Under the pieces are notes generated by a model. That model searched no databases. It was not told the origin of the DNA and saw only the letters and a program-made list of their open reading frames with translations. Below are positions 38,260 to 48,948 of a stretch of DNA of 64,000 nucleotides, piece after piece (positions within the stretch are counted from its first letter, which is position 1; each line of letters opens with the position of its first letter). The position numbers were made by a program, and so were the translations under genes. This DNA comes from an uncultured Blautia sp. (GTDB lineage Bacteria > Bacillota > Clostridia > Lachnospirales > Lachnospiraceae): NCBI GenBank assembly GCA_902476765.1, contig CABSEJ010000003.1, positions 1,838 to 65,837 on the forward strand, given 5' to 3'.

Positions 38260-39108
38260 ATGGACAGCTATAAAAAGAATAAAAGAAAAAGTATTATATG
38301 CTGGATAATCGCTTTTGCCTTGGCGATATTCTACTTGATTATCTCGTTCCTGCCATTTATATTTATGGTATTGAACTCTTTTAAAGAAAAGTTTGAGATG
38401 CTGACAAAGGGCGTGTTCAATTTACCGGACAGCCTGAACTTTGCCAACTATACAGAAGTGCTTACCGGCGGATTTGTACGGTATTTCATGAACAGCGTTA
38501 TTGTTTTGGCCATCTCCCTTACCCTGCTGCTGTTTATAGCTTCCTGTGCATCCTACCCTCTGGCAAGATTTAAGTTTAAGCTGGCAAACCCAATTTATGC
38601 GGCTATTGTTGCCTGTATGTCCATACCTGTACATATTACCCTGATTCCTGTATTTAAAATGTCTCAGGCTACAGGCTTATACGACAGTATCTGGGCCCTT
38701 ATCGGTCCCTATATCGCTTTTGCAGTTCCTATTTCCGTGTTTATCCTTACCAGCTTTATGAAGGAAATTCCCAGAGAAATCGAGGAATCTGCAGAAATCG
38801 ACGGATGCGGAAAAATCAAGATGTTTTTCTCGATGATTATGCCTTTGGCTAAGCCGGGTCTGGCCACATTGGCCATTTACAACGGTGTAAATATGTGGAA
38901 TGAATTTTCCTTTGCATATACACTGACACAGTCTTCCCAGAACCGTACATTACCTCTGGCTATCTGGGAATTCCAGGGACAGTATTCCATGAACACGCCT
39001 ATGATTATGGCTGTTCTGACCCTTACGCTTTTACCCATGATTGTGATGTTCATTATCTTCCAGGATAAGCTGGTAAAAGGTATGACAGCTGGAGCGGTAA
39101 AAGGCTGA
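38260..39108 (+). CDS. Carbohydrate ABC transporter permease
   Basis: EESAEIDGC and GMTAGAVKG. Confidence 0.9.
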   Translation: MDSYKKNKRKSIICWIIAFALAIFYLIISFLPFIFMVLNSFKEKFEMLTKGVFNLPDSLNFANYTEVLTGGFVRYFMNSVIVLAISLTLLLFIASCASYPLARFKFKLANPIYAAIVACMSIPVHITLIPVFKMSQATGLYDSIWALIGPYIAFAVPISVFILTSFMKEIPREIEESAEIDGCGKIKMFFSMIMPLAKPGLATLAIYNGVNMWNEFSFAYTLTQSSQNRTLPLAIWEFQGQYSMNTPMIMAVLTLTLLPMIVMFIIFQDKLVKGMTAGAVKG

Positions 39109-39127
39109 TTCACAATGTATTATATGG

Positions 39128-39172
39128 AAGCTGCCGCACTAAACAGTTTTCGTTTAATGCGGCAGCTTTTTT
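39128..39172 (+). terminator. Intrinsic terminator
   Basis: aagctgccgca / tgcggcagctt followed by a T run. Confidence 0.8.
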
Positions 39173-39296
39173 GTTCGCCTATAGGAAATTCCTTTGAATT
39201 TCCTATAGGCGAACAAAAAGCCCTCCGGGCAGGAGCACACTGGGTTGGAGAGGAGTTATGTCGCTAAAGCGACCCAACCTAGGTGGGGAATCCTGC
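39167..39296 (+). repeat. About 125-bp dispersed palindromic repeat, copy 2
   Basis: Matches 31721-31846. Confidence 0.9.
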
Positions 39297-39360
39297 AAAG
39301 CAGCATGCTTTTTCAATGAAACTGAAACTACGGACTGGAAGGAAAGAGGAGAGAACAGAT

Positions 39361-41151
39361 ATGAAAAGATGGAGAGAAAAAATCAGTAATTGGAAACTAG
39401 ATAAGAAAATGCAGACGCTGACCACCATTGTGATTGTGACGGTAACACTGATTGTTCTTGTTGTATCTACCCTATCCTCTGTATATTCTATGAAACAGAA
39501 AACCATGGAGCTTCTTCAGGAAAATAACGATACTATGTCGGAAAATTTCCAGGGGGCCCTTAACCAGTATAAGGCAATGGCTATTGCCATGGGTCTGGAC
39601 ACCTCTGTGCAGAATTATCTCCAGTGTACCAGCCGCAAAGACCAGGAATATTCCAGGTATGCCAATGACACTTACAGCGTTATGTCCAGTTGTCAGAATA
39701 TGTATCCGGATATGAATTTTATGGCAGTTATCAGCTACCGGATGGAGGATTATCTGTATAGAGGAAATGAAGCTCTAAGCTCCAGTGAATTTCAGATGGT
39801 ATACCGAAAGGATTATTCCCAGTGCCGATTTGTCCAGAAAAACACCTTGAAAGTAGGAATCTCCAACAATTATTTTAAAGGCCAGCGGTACACCATAAGT
39901 GTATATTTTCCCATTTATGATTTGAATAAAATTACAGTGGAAGGAGGGCTGCTGTGCATGAATTTTTCCAATGCTATTCTGCGGCAGGTTCTGATGGATT
40001 CTAATCAGCAGAATGCCTCTTCTATTATAGGAATAGACGGAACGATTCTTGCGGATTCTGATACAGAAGCCATGGGAAACCAGGCTGGATATGCAGACAA
40101 ATTAAAGGGCAGTCGTGGCAGTTTTACCCAGGATGGCAGACTCTATATGTACCAGAAGGTAACGAACTGGGATTATTATATTGTCAGCAGTATTCCTTCC
40201 ATGGATTTGTATAAACCCAGTATAAGAACTATCCTTTTTATGACAGCCATTCTTCTGGTGCTGGTAGTTATAAGCTTTCTGGTAGTGAAAAAAATTATCC
40301 GCAGAGTTTACCGGCCTCTGGACCAGACGGTGCAGAAAATGGACCAGGTGGCCAACGGTTCACTGGGAACCAGATTAAATGTAGAGAGTATGGGAGAGGA
40401 CTTTCAAAAGCTGGCCACAGGCTTTAACTCCATGATGGAAGAGATTTTGGTTCTTATGGAACAGGTAAAGCTGGAGCAGCACCAGATAGAGCAGATTCGT
40501 TTTAATTCTCTTCAATCTCAGATACAGCCTCATTTTCTTTACAATACCCTGGAATGTATCCACTGGCAGGCCATGGCTGACGGAAACAAAGAAATTTCCA
40601 CCCTGGTAATGGCTCTGGCCAAATATTACAGAATTTGTCTCAGTAAGGGACACGATGTAATCCCTTTGGAGATGGAAGCGGAACATGTACAGAATTATCT
40701 GATTATCCAGAACATGAGATATGACAATATCATAGGCAGCGAAATCCAGATAGATGAAAACTGTAAAAAAGCCATGATACCGAAACTGACCCTTCAGCCA
40801 TTGGTGGAAAATTCTATCTATCACGGTATTAAGATTAAAGAGGGAAACAAGGGAAGTATAGTCCTCAAGGCAGCGAGAAAGGGGGAGGGTGTACTGATTA
40901 CTCTGGCGGATACGGGAACAGGAATGACCCAGGAGCAGATAGATACCATGAACCAGCAGCTGTCAGAGTATGACGAGTCCTTTGGCTACGGAGTACGGAA
41001 TGTAAATAAGCGAATTGAACTGCTTTACGGAACAGATTACGGCTTTTGTTACCTGCGCAACGATTACGGAGGGGTAACAGTGGAAATCCAGCTGCCTTAT
41101 ACCGAAAAGGTGGACGACGGAATTTTAAAAGGGGATATGATAAATGTATAA
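39361..41151 (+). CDS. Sensor histidine kinase, YesM-like
   Basis: HAMP, QIQPHFLYNTL, QPLVENSIYHG and DTGTG. Confidence 0.9.
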   Translation: MKRWREKISNWKLDKKMQTLTTIVIVTVTLIVLVVSTLSSVYSMKQKTMELLQENNDTMSENFQGALNQYKAMAIAMGLDTSVQNYLQCTSRKDQEYSRYANDTYSVMSSCQNMYPDMNFMAVISYRMEDYLYRGNEALSSSEFQMVYRKDYSQCRFVQKNTLKVGISNNYFKGQRYTISVYFPIYDLNKITVEGGLLCMNFSNAILRQVLMDSNQQNASSIIGIDGTILADSDTEAMGNQAGYADKLKGSRGSFTQDGRLYMYQKVTNWDYYIVSSIPSMDLYKPSIRTILFMTAILLVLVVISFLVVKKIIRRVYRPLDQTVQKMDQVANGSLGTRLNVESMGEDFQKLATGFNSMMEEILVLMEQVKLEQHQIEQIRFNSLQSQIQPHFLYNTLECIHWQAMADGNKEISTLVMALAKYYRICLSKGHDVIPLEMEAEHVQNYLIIQNMRYDNIIGSEIQIDENCKKAMIPKLTLQPLVENSIYHGIKIKEGNKGSIVLKAARKGEGVLITLADTGTGMTQEQIDTMNQQLSEYDESFGYGVRNVNKRIELLYGTDYGFCYLRNDYGGVTVEIQLPYTEKVDDGILKGDMINV

Positions 41152-42706
41152 AGCGTTGATTGTGGATGACGAAAAAATGATTCGCATGGGAATGAAAAAA
41201 GTTATACCATGGATGAGCCTGGGAATCCAGCAGGTCTATACTGCGGCCACAGGTATGGAGGCCTTGTCTCTGTTGGAGGAGCACAAGCCTCAGATTATGA
41301 TTACAGATATACAGATGTCCGGCATGACAGGATTGGAGCTGATAGAGAGAGCCAGGAGCATCCAGCCGGATTTGAGGGTTATTGTGCTGACAGGCTACGA
41401 CAGCTTTGAGTATGCCAGACAGAGCCTGCGGCTTCAGGTACAGGACTTTTTCTTAAAACCTATTGAAGAAGAGAAGCTGTCCAAGGTTATCGGGGAGCAG
41501 GTGGCTTATCTGGATGAGGCTTGGGAGGAAAAGAGAAGTTTTTTGCTGCGGCAGAGAACACAGGGAACCGCTGAGCAGATGGAGCTGGAGCGGTGTATGC
41601 GCATACTGGCTCACCGGGAGAAGGATATGGAAGAGGTACTGGGCAACCTGCGGGAATATTTTGGCTTTGATACGGAGCGGAACCTTCGGCTGGTTCTGCT
41701 GATGCCGGCCAGGAACATGGAGGCTCAGGAGGAAGCGGATTTTCATAATTTATCGGTGAAAAATATCTGTATCAGCGTGGTGGACGCCCAGGAGGAGGGA
41801 ATTACCTTTCTGGATGAGGACGGTATTGTGGGAATTGTGTACTTTACCGGGGAGGACGACTCGGTAATGGAACAGATAGAGGAACTGTCTGAAATTTTAA
41901 AGGACGAGTTTGACACAAGACCTAAAATTGTGGTGGGCAGTTCTGTCCAGGGTTTTGGCAGCCTGTATATCTCCTACAATGACGCAAAATATCTGCTGGA
42001 TACGGAAAAAGAAGGAATTCAGGATATTGTGCAGACCCTGGGAGATAAAAATAAAAGCGATATATTCCGGGATATTTACGGGGAGCTGAAAGGGATTATG
42101 TGCAGCAATACAGGAAACACAGAGTATGTGATGAAAGCTTTTCGTACTTTCACCAAGGCCACCCAGTCCTATAATCTGTCCCAGCAGACGGTGAGGCGGC
42201 TGTGCTTTGAGATGGCTTCCGCTACCTACTTTGCATACATCGGCGACTCTAAGGAAACAGAACCGGGAAAGCTGGACGCATTGTCAAAAAGTCTGCTGTC
42301 TGCCAACCGGGAAGAAGCCTGCGAGGTCACGGAGATGTTTCTGAATCAGATGCTGGGGAAAGAAGAGGAGAGCGTCCATGAGATTGTGGATAAAGCCAAA
42401 TATTATATTTCCGAGCATTTGACAGAGGAGCTGACGGTTTCCAATATTGCGGCTTCCCTGTATATTACGCCCAACTATTTTTCACGGCTGTTTAAGCGGG
42501 TGACCCATGAAGGCTGCAACGAGTACATTGTGCGTAAAAGAATTGAGAAAGCCAAGTCTCTGCTGGAGACTACCAGCCTGAAAACCGGAAAAATTGCTAT
42601 GATGGTAGGCTACAGGGATACTAATTATTTTTCTCTGGCTTTTAAAAAGCATACAGGGAAATCTCCCACAAAATACCGGGAGGAAACCCAAAAGGAAGTC
42701 AAATAA
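41144..42706 (+). CDS. Response regulator with AraC HTH (YesN-like)
   Basis: LIVDDE, TDIQM and C-terminal AraC domain. Confidence 0.9.
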   Translation: MYKALIVDDEKMIRMGMKKVIPWMSLGIQQVYTAATGMEALSLLEEHKPQIMITDIQMSGMTGLELIERARSIQPDLRVIVLTGYDSFEYARQSLRLQVQDFFLKPIEEEKLSKVIGEQVAYLDEAWEEKRSFLLRQRTQGTAEQMELERCMRILAHREKDMEEVLGNLREYFGFDTERNLRLVLLMPARNMEAQEEADFHNLSVKNICISVVDAQEEGITFLDEDGIVGIVYFTGEDDSVMEQIEELSEILKDEFDTRPKIVVGSSVQGFGSLYISYNDAKYLLDTEKEGIQDIVQTLGDKNKSDIFRDIYGELKGIMCSNTGNTEYVMKAFRTFTKATQSYNLSQQTVRRLCFEMASATYFAYIGDSKETEPGKLDALSKSLLSANREEACEVTEMFLNQMLGKEEESVHEIVDKAKYYISEHLTEELTVSNIAASLYITPNYFSRLFKRVTHEGCNEYIVRKRIEKAKSLLETTSLKTGKIAMMVGYRDTNYFSLAFKKHTGKSPTKYREETQKEVK

Positions 42707-42926
42707 AAGTAACTGTTCGGTCATGCAGTCCAAAGCTGTATGGCTGTTACAAATAAAAAGAGGATTAAAATAGCAAGAAATAGGAAATCCATCGCAAAAA
42801 ATCGGTTGAGAAATAAGGAAAAAGCAAATACAATAAGAAGCAGAAGAAAACAAAATGCAGACGCCTTGAGAAAATATCAGGGAAATGCATAGAAATACAG
42901 AATTTATCACAAGGAGGAAAACGCCC

Positions 42927-45050
42927 ATGAAAAATTTCAAAAAGGAAAGGGCAGAAGCCAGGAAAAAGGCAGAGGAGCTGGTCAGCAAAATGACTCTTAT
43001 GGAGAAGGCGGCCCAGCTGCGGTATGACGCTGCACCGGTGGAACGGCTGGGGGTTCCCACCTACAATTACTGGAATGAAGCTCTTCACGGAGTAGCCAGG
43101 GCCGGAGTGGCCACCATGTTTCCCCAGGCCATAGCCATGGCTGCTGCCTTTGATGAGGAAGAAATGAAAAAGGTGGGAGATATTATCGCCACAGAGGGAA
43201 GAGCCAAATATAACGAATATGCCAAACATGAGGACAGAGATATATATAAGGGACTTACCTTCTGGTCTCCCAATGTAAATATTTTCCGTGACCCCCGCTG
43301 GGGAAGAGGGCATGAAACCTACGGAGAGGACCCCTATCTTACCTCACGTCTGGGTGTAAAATTCGTGGAAGGTATTCAGGGGGACGGCCCGGTGATGAAG
43401 GCGGCCGCCTGTGCTAAGCATTTTGCAGTACACAGCGGACCTGAGGCTATTCGCCATCAGTTTGACGCAGAAGCCAATTTAAAGGACATGTGGGAAACTT
43501 ACCTGCCGACTTTTGAAGCCCTTGTGACAGAGGCGGATGTGGAGTCTGTTATGGGAGCCTACAACAGGACCAACGGAGAACCTTGCTGCGGCCACCACTA
43601 TCTGATGGAGGAAGTGCTGCGGGGCAAATGGCAGTTTGACGGACATTTTGTTTCCGATTGCTGGGCTATCAAGGATTTCCACGAAAACCATAAGGTGACT
43701 AAGAATGCCAGAGAGTCAGCGGCTTTGGCTCTGAAGAGAGGCTGTGACGTAAACTGTGGAAACACCTACCTTCATCTTTTAGGAGCTATTGAGGATGGGC
43801 TGATTACAGAAGAGAATATTACCAAGTCTGCAGTCAGGGCCCTTACCGCCAGATTCCTTATGGGACTTTTTGACGGAAGTGAGTACGATGAGATTCCATA
43901 TGAGAAAGTAGAGTGTAAGGAGCATGTGGAGGAGGCCATTGACCTTGCCAGAAAGAGCTGTGTTCTTCTGAAAAATGACGGAGTTCTTCCTATTGATAAG
44001 AGTAAAGTAAAAACCATTGGCGTGGTAGGTCCCAATGCAGACAGCAGAATTGCCTTGATTGGAAATTATCACGGAACCTCTTCCAGATATATTACGGTTC
44101 TGGAGGGAATCCAGGACGAAGCCGGAGATGATATTCGTGTGCTGTATTCCCAGGGCTGCCATTTGTATAAAGATAAGGTGGAGAATCTGGCCTGGAATCA
44201 GGACAGAATTTCCGAGGCAGTGATTACAGCAGAACACAGCGATGTGGTGGTTATCTGCGTGGGACTGGATGAGACTTTAGAGGGAGAAGAGGGAGATACA
44301 GGTAACAGCGATGCATCCGGGGATAAGAAAGACCTTCACCTTCCTAAGGTTCAGGAGGAATTGATTGAAAAGGTAACGGCAGTAGGCAAGCCTACCATTC
44401 TGGTTCTTATGGCAGGCAGCGCCATTGATTTAAACTATCCGGATGCCAACTGTAACGGTATTCTGCAGGCATGGTATCCAGGTGCCAGAGGTGGAAAGGC
44501 TGTAGCTGATTTGCTTTTTGGAAAGACTTCCCCATCCGGAAAGCTGCCCATAACCTTCTATAAAGACTTAGAGGGAATGCCGGAATTTACCGATTATTCT
44601 ATGAAGAACCGCACCTACCGGTTTATGGAAAAAGAGGCCCTCTATCCCTTCGGATATGGTCTGACCTACGGAGATGTTCAGGTTACCCGGGCCAGGATTA
44701 CCAACCAGGTTACAGCAGACTCTGATATAGAGGTGGAAGTAACCCTGGAGAATAAGGGAACCGTTGATACAGAGGATGTGGTGCAGCTCTACATCAAGGA
44801 TTTAGAATCTCCTCTGGCTGTCAGAAACCATAGTCTCTGTGCTTTCCGGAGAGTAGCCTTAAAAGCAGGAGAGAAGAAGCAGATTTCCCTGGTAGTGAAA
44901 AACAAAGCCATGGAAGTAGTGGATGAACAGGGAGAGCGCCATATTGACAGCAAGAACTTCCGTATTTATGCCGGAACTTCCCAGCCGGATTCCAGAAGCC
45001 AGGCTCTGACCGGCCAGAAGCCCCTGGAATTAAATGTGACACTTGGATAA
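42927..45050 (+). CDS. GH3 beta-xylosidase/beta-glucosidase
   Basis: WNEALHG, RDPRWGRG.ETYGEDP, VSDCWA and SGKLP.TFY; C-terminal Fn3-like domain. Confidence 0.92.
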   Translation: MKNFKKERAEARKKAEELVSKMTLMEKAAQLRYDAAPVERLGVPTYNYWNEALHGVARAGVATMFPQAIAMAAAFDEEEMKKVGDIIATEGRAKYNEYAKHEDRDIYKGLTFWSPNVNIFRDPRWGRGHETYGEDPYLTSRLGVKFVEGIQGDGPVMKAAACAKHFAVHSGPEAIRHQFDAEANLKDMWETYLPTFEALVTEADVESVMGAYNRTNGEPCCGHHYLMEEVLRGKWQFDGHFVSDCWAIKDFHENHKVTKNARESAALALKRGCDVNCGNTYLHLLGAIEDGLITEENITKSAVRALTARFLMGLFDGSEYDEIPYEKVECKEHVEEAIDLARKSCVLLKNDGVLPIDKSKVKTIGVVGPNADSRIALIGNYHGTSSRYITVLEGIQDEAGDDIRVLYSQGCHLYKDKVENLAWNQDRISEAVITAEHSDVVVICVGLDETLEGEEGDTGNSDASGDKKDLHLPKVQEELIEKVTAVGKPTILVLMAGSAIDLNYPDANCNGILQAWYPGARGGKAVADLLFGKTSPSGKLPITFYKDLEGMPEFTDYSMKNRTYRFMEKEALYPFGYGLTYGDVQVTRARITNQVTADSDIEVEVTLENKGTVDTEDVVQLYIKDLESPLAVRNHSLCAFRRVALKAGEKKQISLVVKNKAMEVVDEQGERHIDSKNFRIYAGTSQPDSRSQALTGQKPLELNVTLG

Positions 45051-45270
45051 AGAAAGAGGATAGTTTTCTCTATAGAACCGCAGAAAGCCCAATGATATGA
45101 TAAGGCTGTGCAGAAAATCCCCCGGGACACTGCATGGCCTTATTTTTTTCCAAAAGCTGGAAGAGAGGCAGCACAAGGTGGACCAGAGCAAAGTGCACAG
45201 CCTTATTTTATATATGCTTTTATATATGCTGAAGGTAAGGAATTGAAGGAAGAGAAAGGACGGAAGAGTT

Positions 45271-46383
45271 ATGCAGAAATGGAAAAGAAATATATTGGTT
45301 GCAGGTATTATGGCTTCCCTGGCGGCAGGACTGCTGGGAGGCTGCGGAAATAGAGAAAACCAGGAGGCTCAGAGCCGGCAGGCTTCCCAAAATCAGGAGG
45401 GAGAGGAGGCTGCCAACACCGGAGAAGAGCAGGAGGACACAACCGGGGAGAATGGAAACCATAAGGAAGAAACAGAAACCTCAGGAAATACCGGAAGCAG
45501 TGAAGAAACTTCCTTGGCCCAGGCAGAGCATCCCCAATTTGTAGCAGACGGCATCCGAAAGGTGGTTCTGGTGGAAGAGGGCCAAGAGATTTTTCACTTG
45601 TCCAAGGAACCGGCTGATTATAAAATGGACTTCGATTACTGGGAAATCCTGAATCCCTATGATGAGACGGTAACGGTAAATACAGAGACTATGTATAATC
45701 TTTTTGATATACTTTGCGGCTTCAGCTTTCAGGCTCCTGTGGCCGTGGAGGACGGGGCGGATACGGGAATCCAGAATTCTGCTACTACCCTTACCCTGGA
45801 ATATGTAAATACCCTGGATTCCAGTCAGGCGAAACAGATGGCGGAGGCAGACAGCGGTGCTACCATTATCCTGGGAAATGAAGACGGGGCAGGAAACCGT
45901 TTTGCGGCAGTGAAGGGTTTTGAAGACCAGGTTTATAAATTATCTGCAGCAGATTTAGAGACGGTTTTCGGTCTGAATCCCTTTGAATTAGTTTTGAAGA
46001 TTCCGGTGCTGATAAATATAGATACCGTAGAAAGCCTGGATATAAAGGCAGGAGAAGACAGTTACCAGATGAAGGTGGATTCAGCTAAGGGAAGCTATGA
46101 GTTTGGAAAAAAGGAAGTAGAGAAAGAAATCTTCACTACTTTGTACCAGGAAATTTCCGGTATTATGGTGGAAAAAGAGATAGAAGAAGAGAAGGAAGAT
46201 TCCAAAGAGCCTAAGCTGGAAATCACCTTCAACAGAAATAACAGTCAATATCCCCAGGTAAAGGTGGCTTATTACGTTTATGACCAAACTTACGACAGAG
46301 TGGAAGTCAACGGAAACAGCTACTTCCTGGTAAAAGCAGAGGATGTGGACAATCTGATAAAAACTATCGGGAAGGCCTTTTGA
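45271..46383 (+). CDS. Lipoprotein of unknown function (DUF4340-like)
   Basis: Lipobox LGGC and an acidic linker; the family call is tentative. Confidence 0.65.
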   Translation: MQKWKRNILVAGIMASLAAGLLGGCGNRENQEAQSRQASQNQEGEEAANTGEEQEDTTGENGNHKEETETSGNTGSSEETSLAQAEHPQFVADGIRKVVLVEEGQEIFHLSKEPADYKMDFDYWEILNPYDETVTVNTETMYNLFDILCGFSFQAPVAVEDGADTGIQNSATTLTLEYVNTLDSSQAKQMAEADSGATIILGNEDGAGNRFAAVKGFEDQVYKLSAADLETVFGLNPFELVLKIPVLINIDTVESLDIKAGEDSYQMKVDSAKGSYEFGKKEVEKEIFTTLYQEISGIMVEKEIEEEKEDSKEPKLEITFNRNNSQYPQVKVAYYVYDQTYDRVEVNGNSYFLVKAEDVDNLIKTIGKAF

Positions 46384-46518
46384 CCGTTAAAAAGACCGCC
46401 GCAGCCGTCAAACAGGAATATCTTTGTTTGGCCGCTGGGGCGGTTTCTTTTTCCTGTATGATACCCTTTCTGGACAAGGGTATGTATGCCCTTGTCTAAA
46501 GAGAGTAATATCTGGAGG

Positions 46519-48096
46519 TTAAGCCTCTCCCTGGTAACAGAACCAGTCAAAGTCAGCATGATTTTGGCTGTCCGTATGATTGGAGCTGGCATACATGCCT
46601 ATATATACGCCGGTAAAACCATTGTTTATCACGGAGCTTAACAGAGAGGCATCCACATCCTCTATAAGGGGAAGCAGTTCCTGCTCTTCATATCCGTAGT
46701 AGAAGGAATAACCGGTGGTATGGCCGTATACACTGAGGTAGAGACGCTTGGTACTGCAGATTTCTTTTTCTGTCACAAGCTCTCTTTTTCCGTTTTCTGT
46801 TTTCCAGAACTGGAGTACAGACTTGCCTTGCTTGGCCCTGAGAGTCATTAGATAGTGGAACCGGTCGTCCTGAATCACAGCAATACCAGCCTCTTCCTTT
46901 TCTCCGGCGGGAGTGAATTCCATGGCGGTCTTGGCCAGGAAATTTTTATGCCGCTGCCTTCGCCCTACAAAGGAAGGCGTGCAGATTTCCTCCATAACCT
47001 GAGGCAGCAGAGAAAGCCTGAGAAAGCCGGGCCGCTCTGCCAGAGAGTAGAAGGGCTCCACCGGAGGATGAATGGTGTTCCACTGCAGCTCCAGATGGGG
47101 GCTTTCAAAGTTGTCCCACTGAGGCATAGGGGGATACAGGTGCCGGGGCAGTTTGGGAAGCCGCTCTTTTTCCTGGACCAATCCGGTTTCATTGTCAATC
47201 ATGGGCCAGCCGTCCTCTGCCCAGACAAAAGGCACCAGGAAGGTCTCCCGGCCCAGATTATAGTGGTCTCCCTCATAGGGGCGCACGGCCAGCAGCACCA
47301 TCCACCATTCTCCGTTCTGGGTCTGGGTAATGTCCCCATGCCCGGTGACAGAGATAGGGTTTAAAAGGGGCATATGCCGATGGGTGACAATGGGATTTCT
47401 GGGACAGATTTCATAATCACCGTTAATAGTACGGCAGCGGGCCATCTGTACACTGTGATTTACAAAGGTGCCGCCTTCTGCCACCAGAAGATAATACCAC
47501 CCGTCTTTTTTATAGATATGGGGAGCTTCAATCCATTTGGAACGGGTTTTGATGCCATCCCAGATAATATATCTGGGCCCCTTAAATTGGAAAGTTTCTC
47601 TATCCAGCTCATTGAGGTAGATTCCGTGATGGCCCTCATAGAGTTCATTCTCACTGATGTAATTTCCCACATACCACATAGAACCGTCCTCGTCAAAGAA
47701 CAGGCTGGGGTCAATACCGTCAGCACCTTTTACAAATACCGGATCGCTCCAGGGACCTTCCGGGGCATCGGCTGTGACAATATAGTTGTCTCTCTGTCCG
47801 TGACGGCCCTGGGAGACAAAAGTGTTGATGATATAAAATTTTCCCTCATGGAAACGAATAGTGGGAGCCCACAGACCTTCTGAGGTTTCGCAGTTTTTAT
47901 AGTCCAACTGCAGGGGACGATGAATAGCATGACCGATTTGTTCCCAGTGGATTAAATCTTTACTGTGGAAAATAGGCAGTCCGGGATAATACACAAAGGA
48001 TGAAGTTACCATGTAATAATCCTCCCCTACCCGGCAGATAGATGGGTCAGGATAAAAGCCTGACAGCAGCGGGTTTTGAAACGTAGGTTTCAGCAT
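46519..48096 (-). CDS. GH43 beta-xylosidase/alpha-L-arabinofuranosidase (XynB-like)
   Basis: NPLLSGFYPDPS, WAP, GIDPS and EAPH; C-terminal beta-sandwich. Confidence 0.92.
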   Translation of the reverse strand: MLKPTFQNPLLSGFYPDPSICRVGEDYYMVTSSFVYYPGLPIFHSKDLIHWEQIGHAIHRPLQLDYKNCETSEGLWAPTIRFHEGKFYIINTFVSQGRHGQRDNYIVTADAPEGPWSDPVFVKGADGIDPSLFFDEDGSMWYVGNYISENELYEGHHGIYLNELDRETFQFKGPRYIIWDGIKTRSKWIEAPHIYKKDGWYYLLVAEGGTFVNHSVQMARCRTINGDYEICPRNPIVTHRHMPLLNPISVTGHGDITQTQNGEWWMVLLAVRPYEGDHYNLGRETFLVPFVWAEDGWPMIDNETGLVQEKERLPKLPRHLYPPMPQWDNFESPHLELQWNTIHPPVEPFYSLAERPGFLRLSLLPQVMEEICTPSFVGRRQRHKNFLAKTAMEFTPAGEKEEAGIAVIQDDRFHYLMTLRAKQGKSVLQFWKTENGKRELVTEKEICSTKRLYLSVYGHTTGYSFYYGYEEQELLPLIEDVDASLLSSVINNGFTGVYIGMYASSNHTDSQNHADFDWFCYQGEA

Positions 48097-48304
48097 AAAA
48101 ATACCTCCTGAAATGTTCTGTAATCATCATGGCTTATGCCATAATATTTGATTTATCATGTATTCTAAAGATATTATAGAAATGAAAGGAAAAAGGGTAA
48201 ATAGAAAAAATTGACTTTTCCCTGTAATTCTTGACTTTCTTATAGGAATGTGATACTTTAGTCCAAGTCAAAAATCCGGTGAAGGAAAAGAGAGGAATAC
48301 AAGA

Positions 48305-48865
48305 ATGGATATTATTACATTATTTACGCTGGCTGTAGGGCTTGCCATGGACGCCTTTGCGGTTTCCATCTGCAAGGGGCTGGCCCAGCAGAAGCTATCC
48401 CTGAAGCATATGCTTATTGCCGGGCTTTGGTTCGGAGGCTTTCAGGCGTTGATGCCTACTCTGGGCTATTTTCTGGGAAGCCAGTTCCGGGACAAGATTA
48501 CGGCTGTGGACCATTGGATTGCCTTTATTCTCCTTGGTTTTATCGGCGTCAATATGATTCGGGAATCCCTGGACAAAGGAGACGTCTGTCCTGTGGGCGG
48601 TATGGGAGTGAAGGATATGTTTCCTTTAGCCGTGGCCACCAGCATTGACGCTTTGGCCGTAGGGGTTACCTTTGCTTTCCTGAAGGTAAATATTTTAGTG
48701 GCAGCAGGTCTTATCGGAATTGTAACCTTTCTGATCTCTGCCGCCGGAGTCAGGGTGGGAAATATTTTTGGCTCCAAGTACAAGTCCAGGGCAGAGCTGG
48801 CAGGAGGAATCATCCTGGTACTGCTGGGCCTGAAGATTTTATTGGAACATCTGGAAATTTTGTAG
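48305..48865 (+). CDS. mntP: Manganese efflux pump MntP family
   Basis: [15 protein letters not shown] and [10 protein letters not shown]. Confidence 0.9.
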   Translation: MDIITLFTLAVGLAMDAFAVSICKGLAQQKLSLKHMLIAGLWFGGFQALMPTLGYFLGSQFRDKITAVDHWIAFILLGFIGVNMIRESLDKGDVCPVGGMGVKDMFPLAVATSIDALAVGVTFAFLKVNILVAAGLIGIVTFLISAAGVRVGNIFGSKYKSRAELAGGIILVLLGLKILLEHLEIL

Positions 48866-48948
48866 AAATTAGTCAAAAATAGTCAAATTTCCTCTATACA
48901 AACAGAAAGACCTTGGGTATAATGAAAAAAAAGCCTGGGGAGAAATTT

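Noticed and set aside
48100..48304. yybP-ykoY manganese riboswitch upstream of mntP
   Set aside because: Expected by context, but the short AT-rich divergent region shows no recognisable aptamer.
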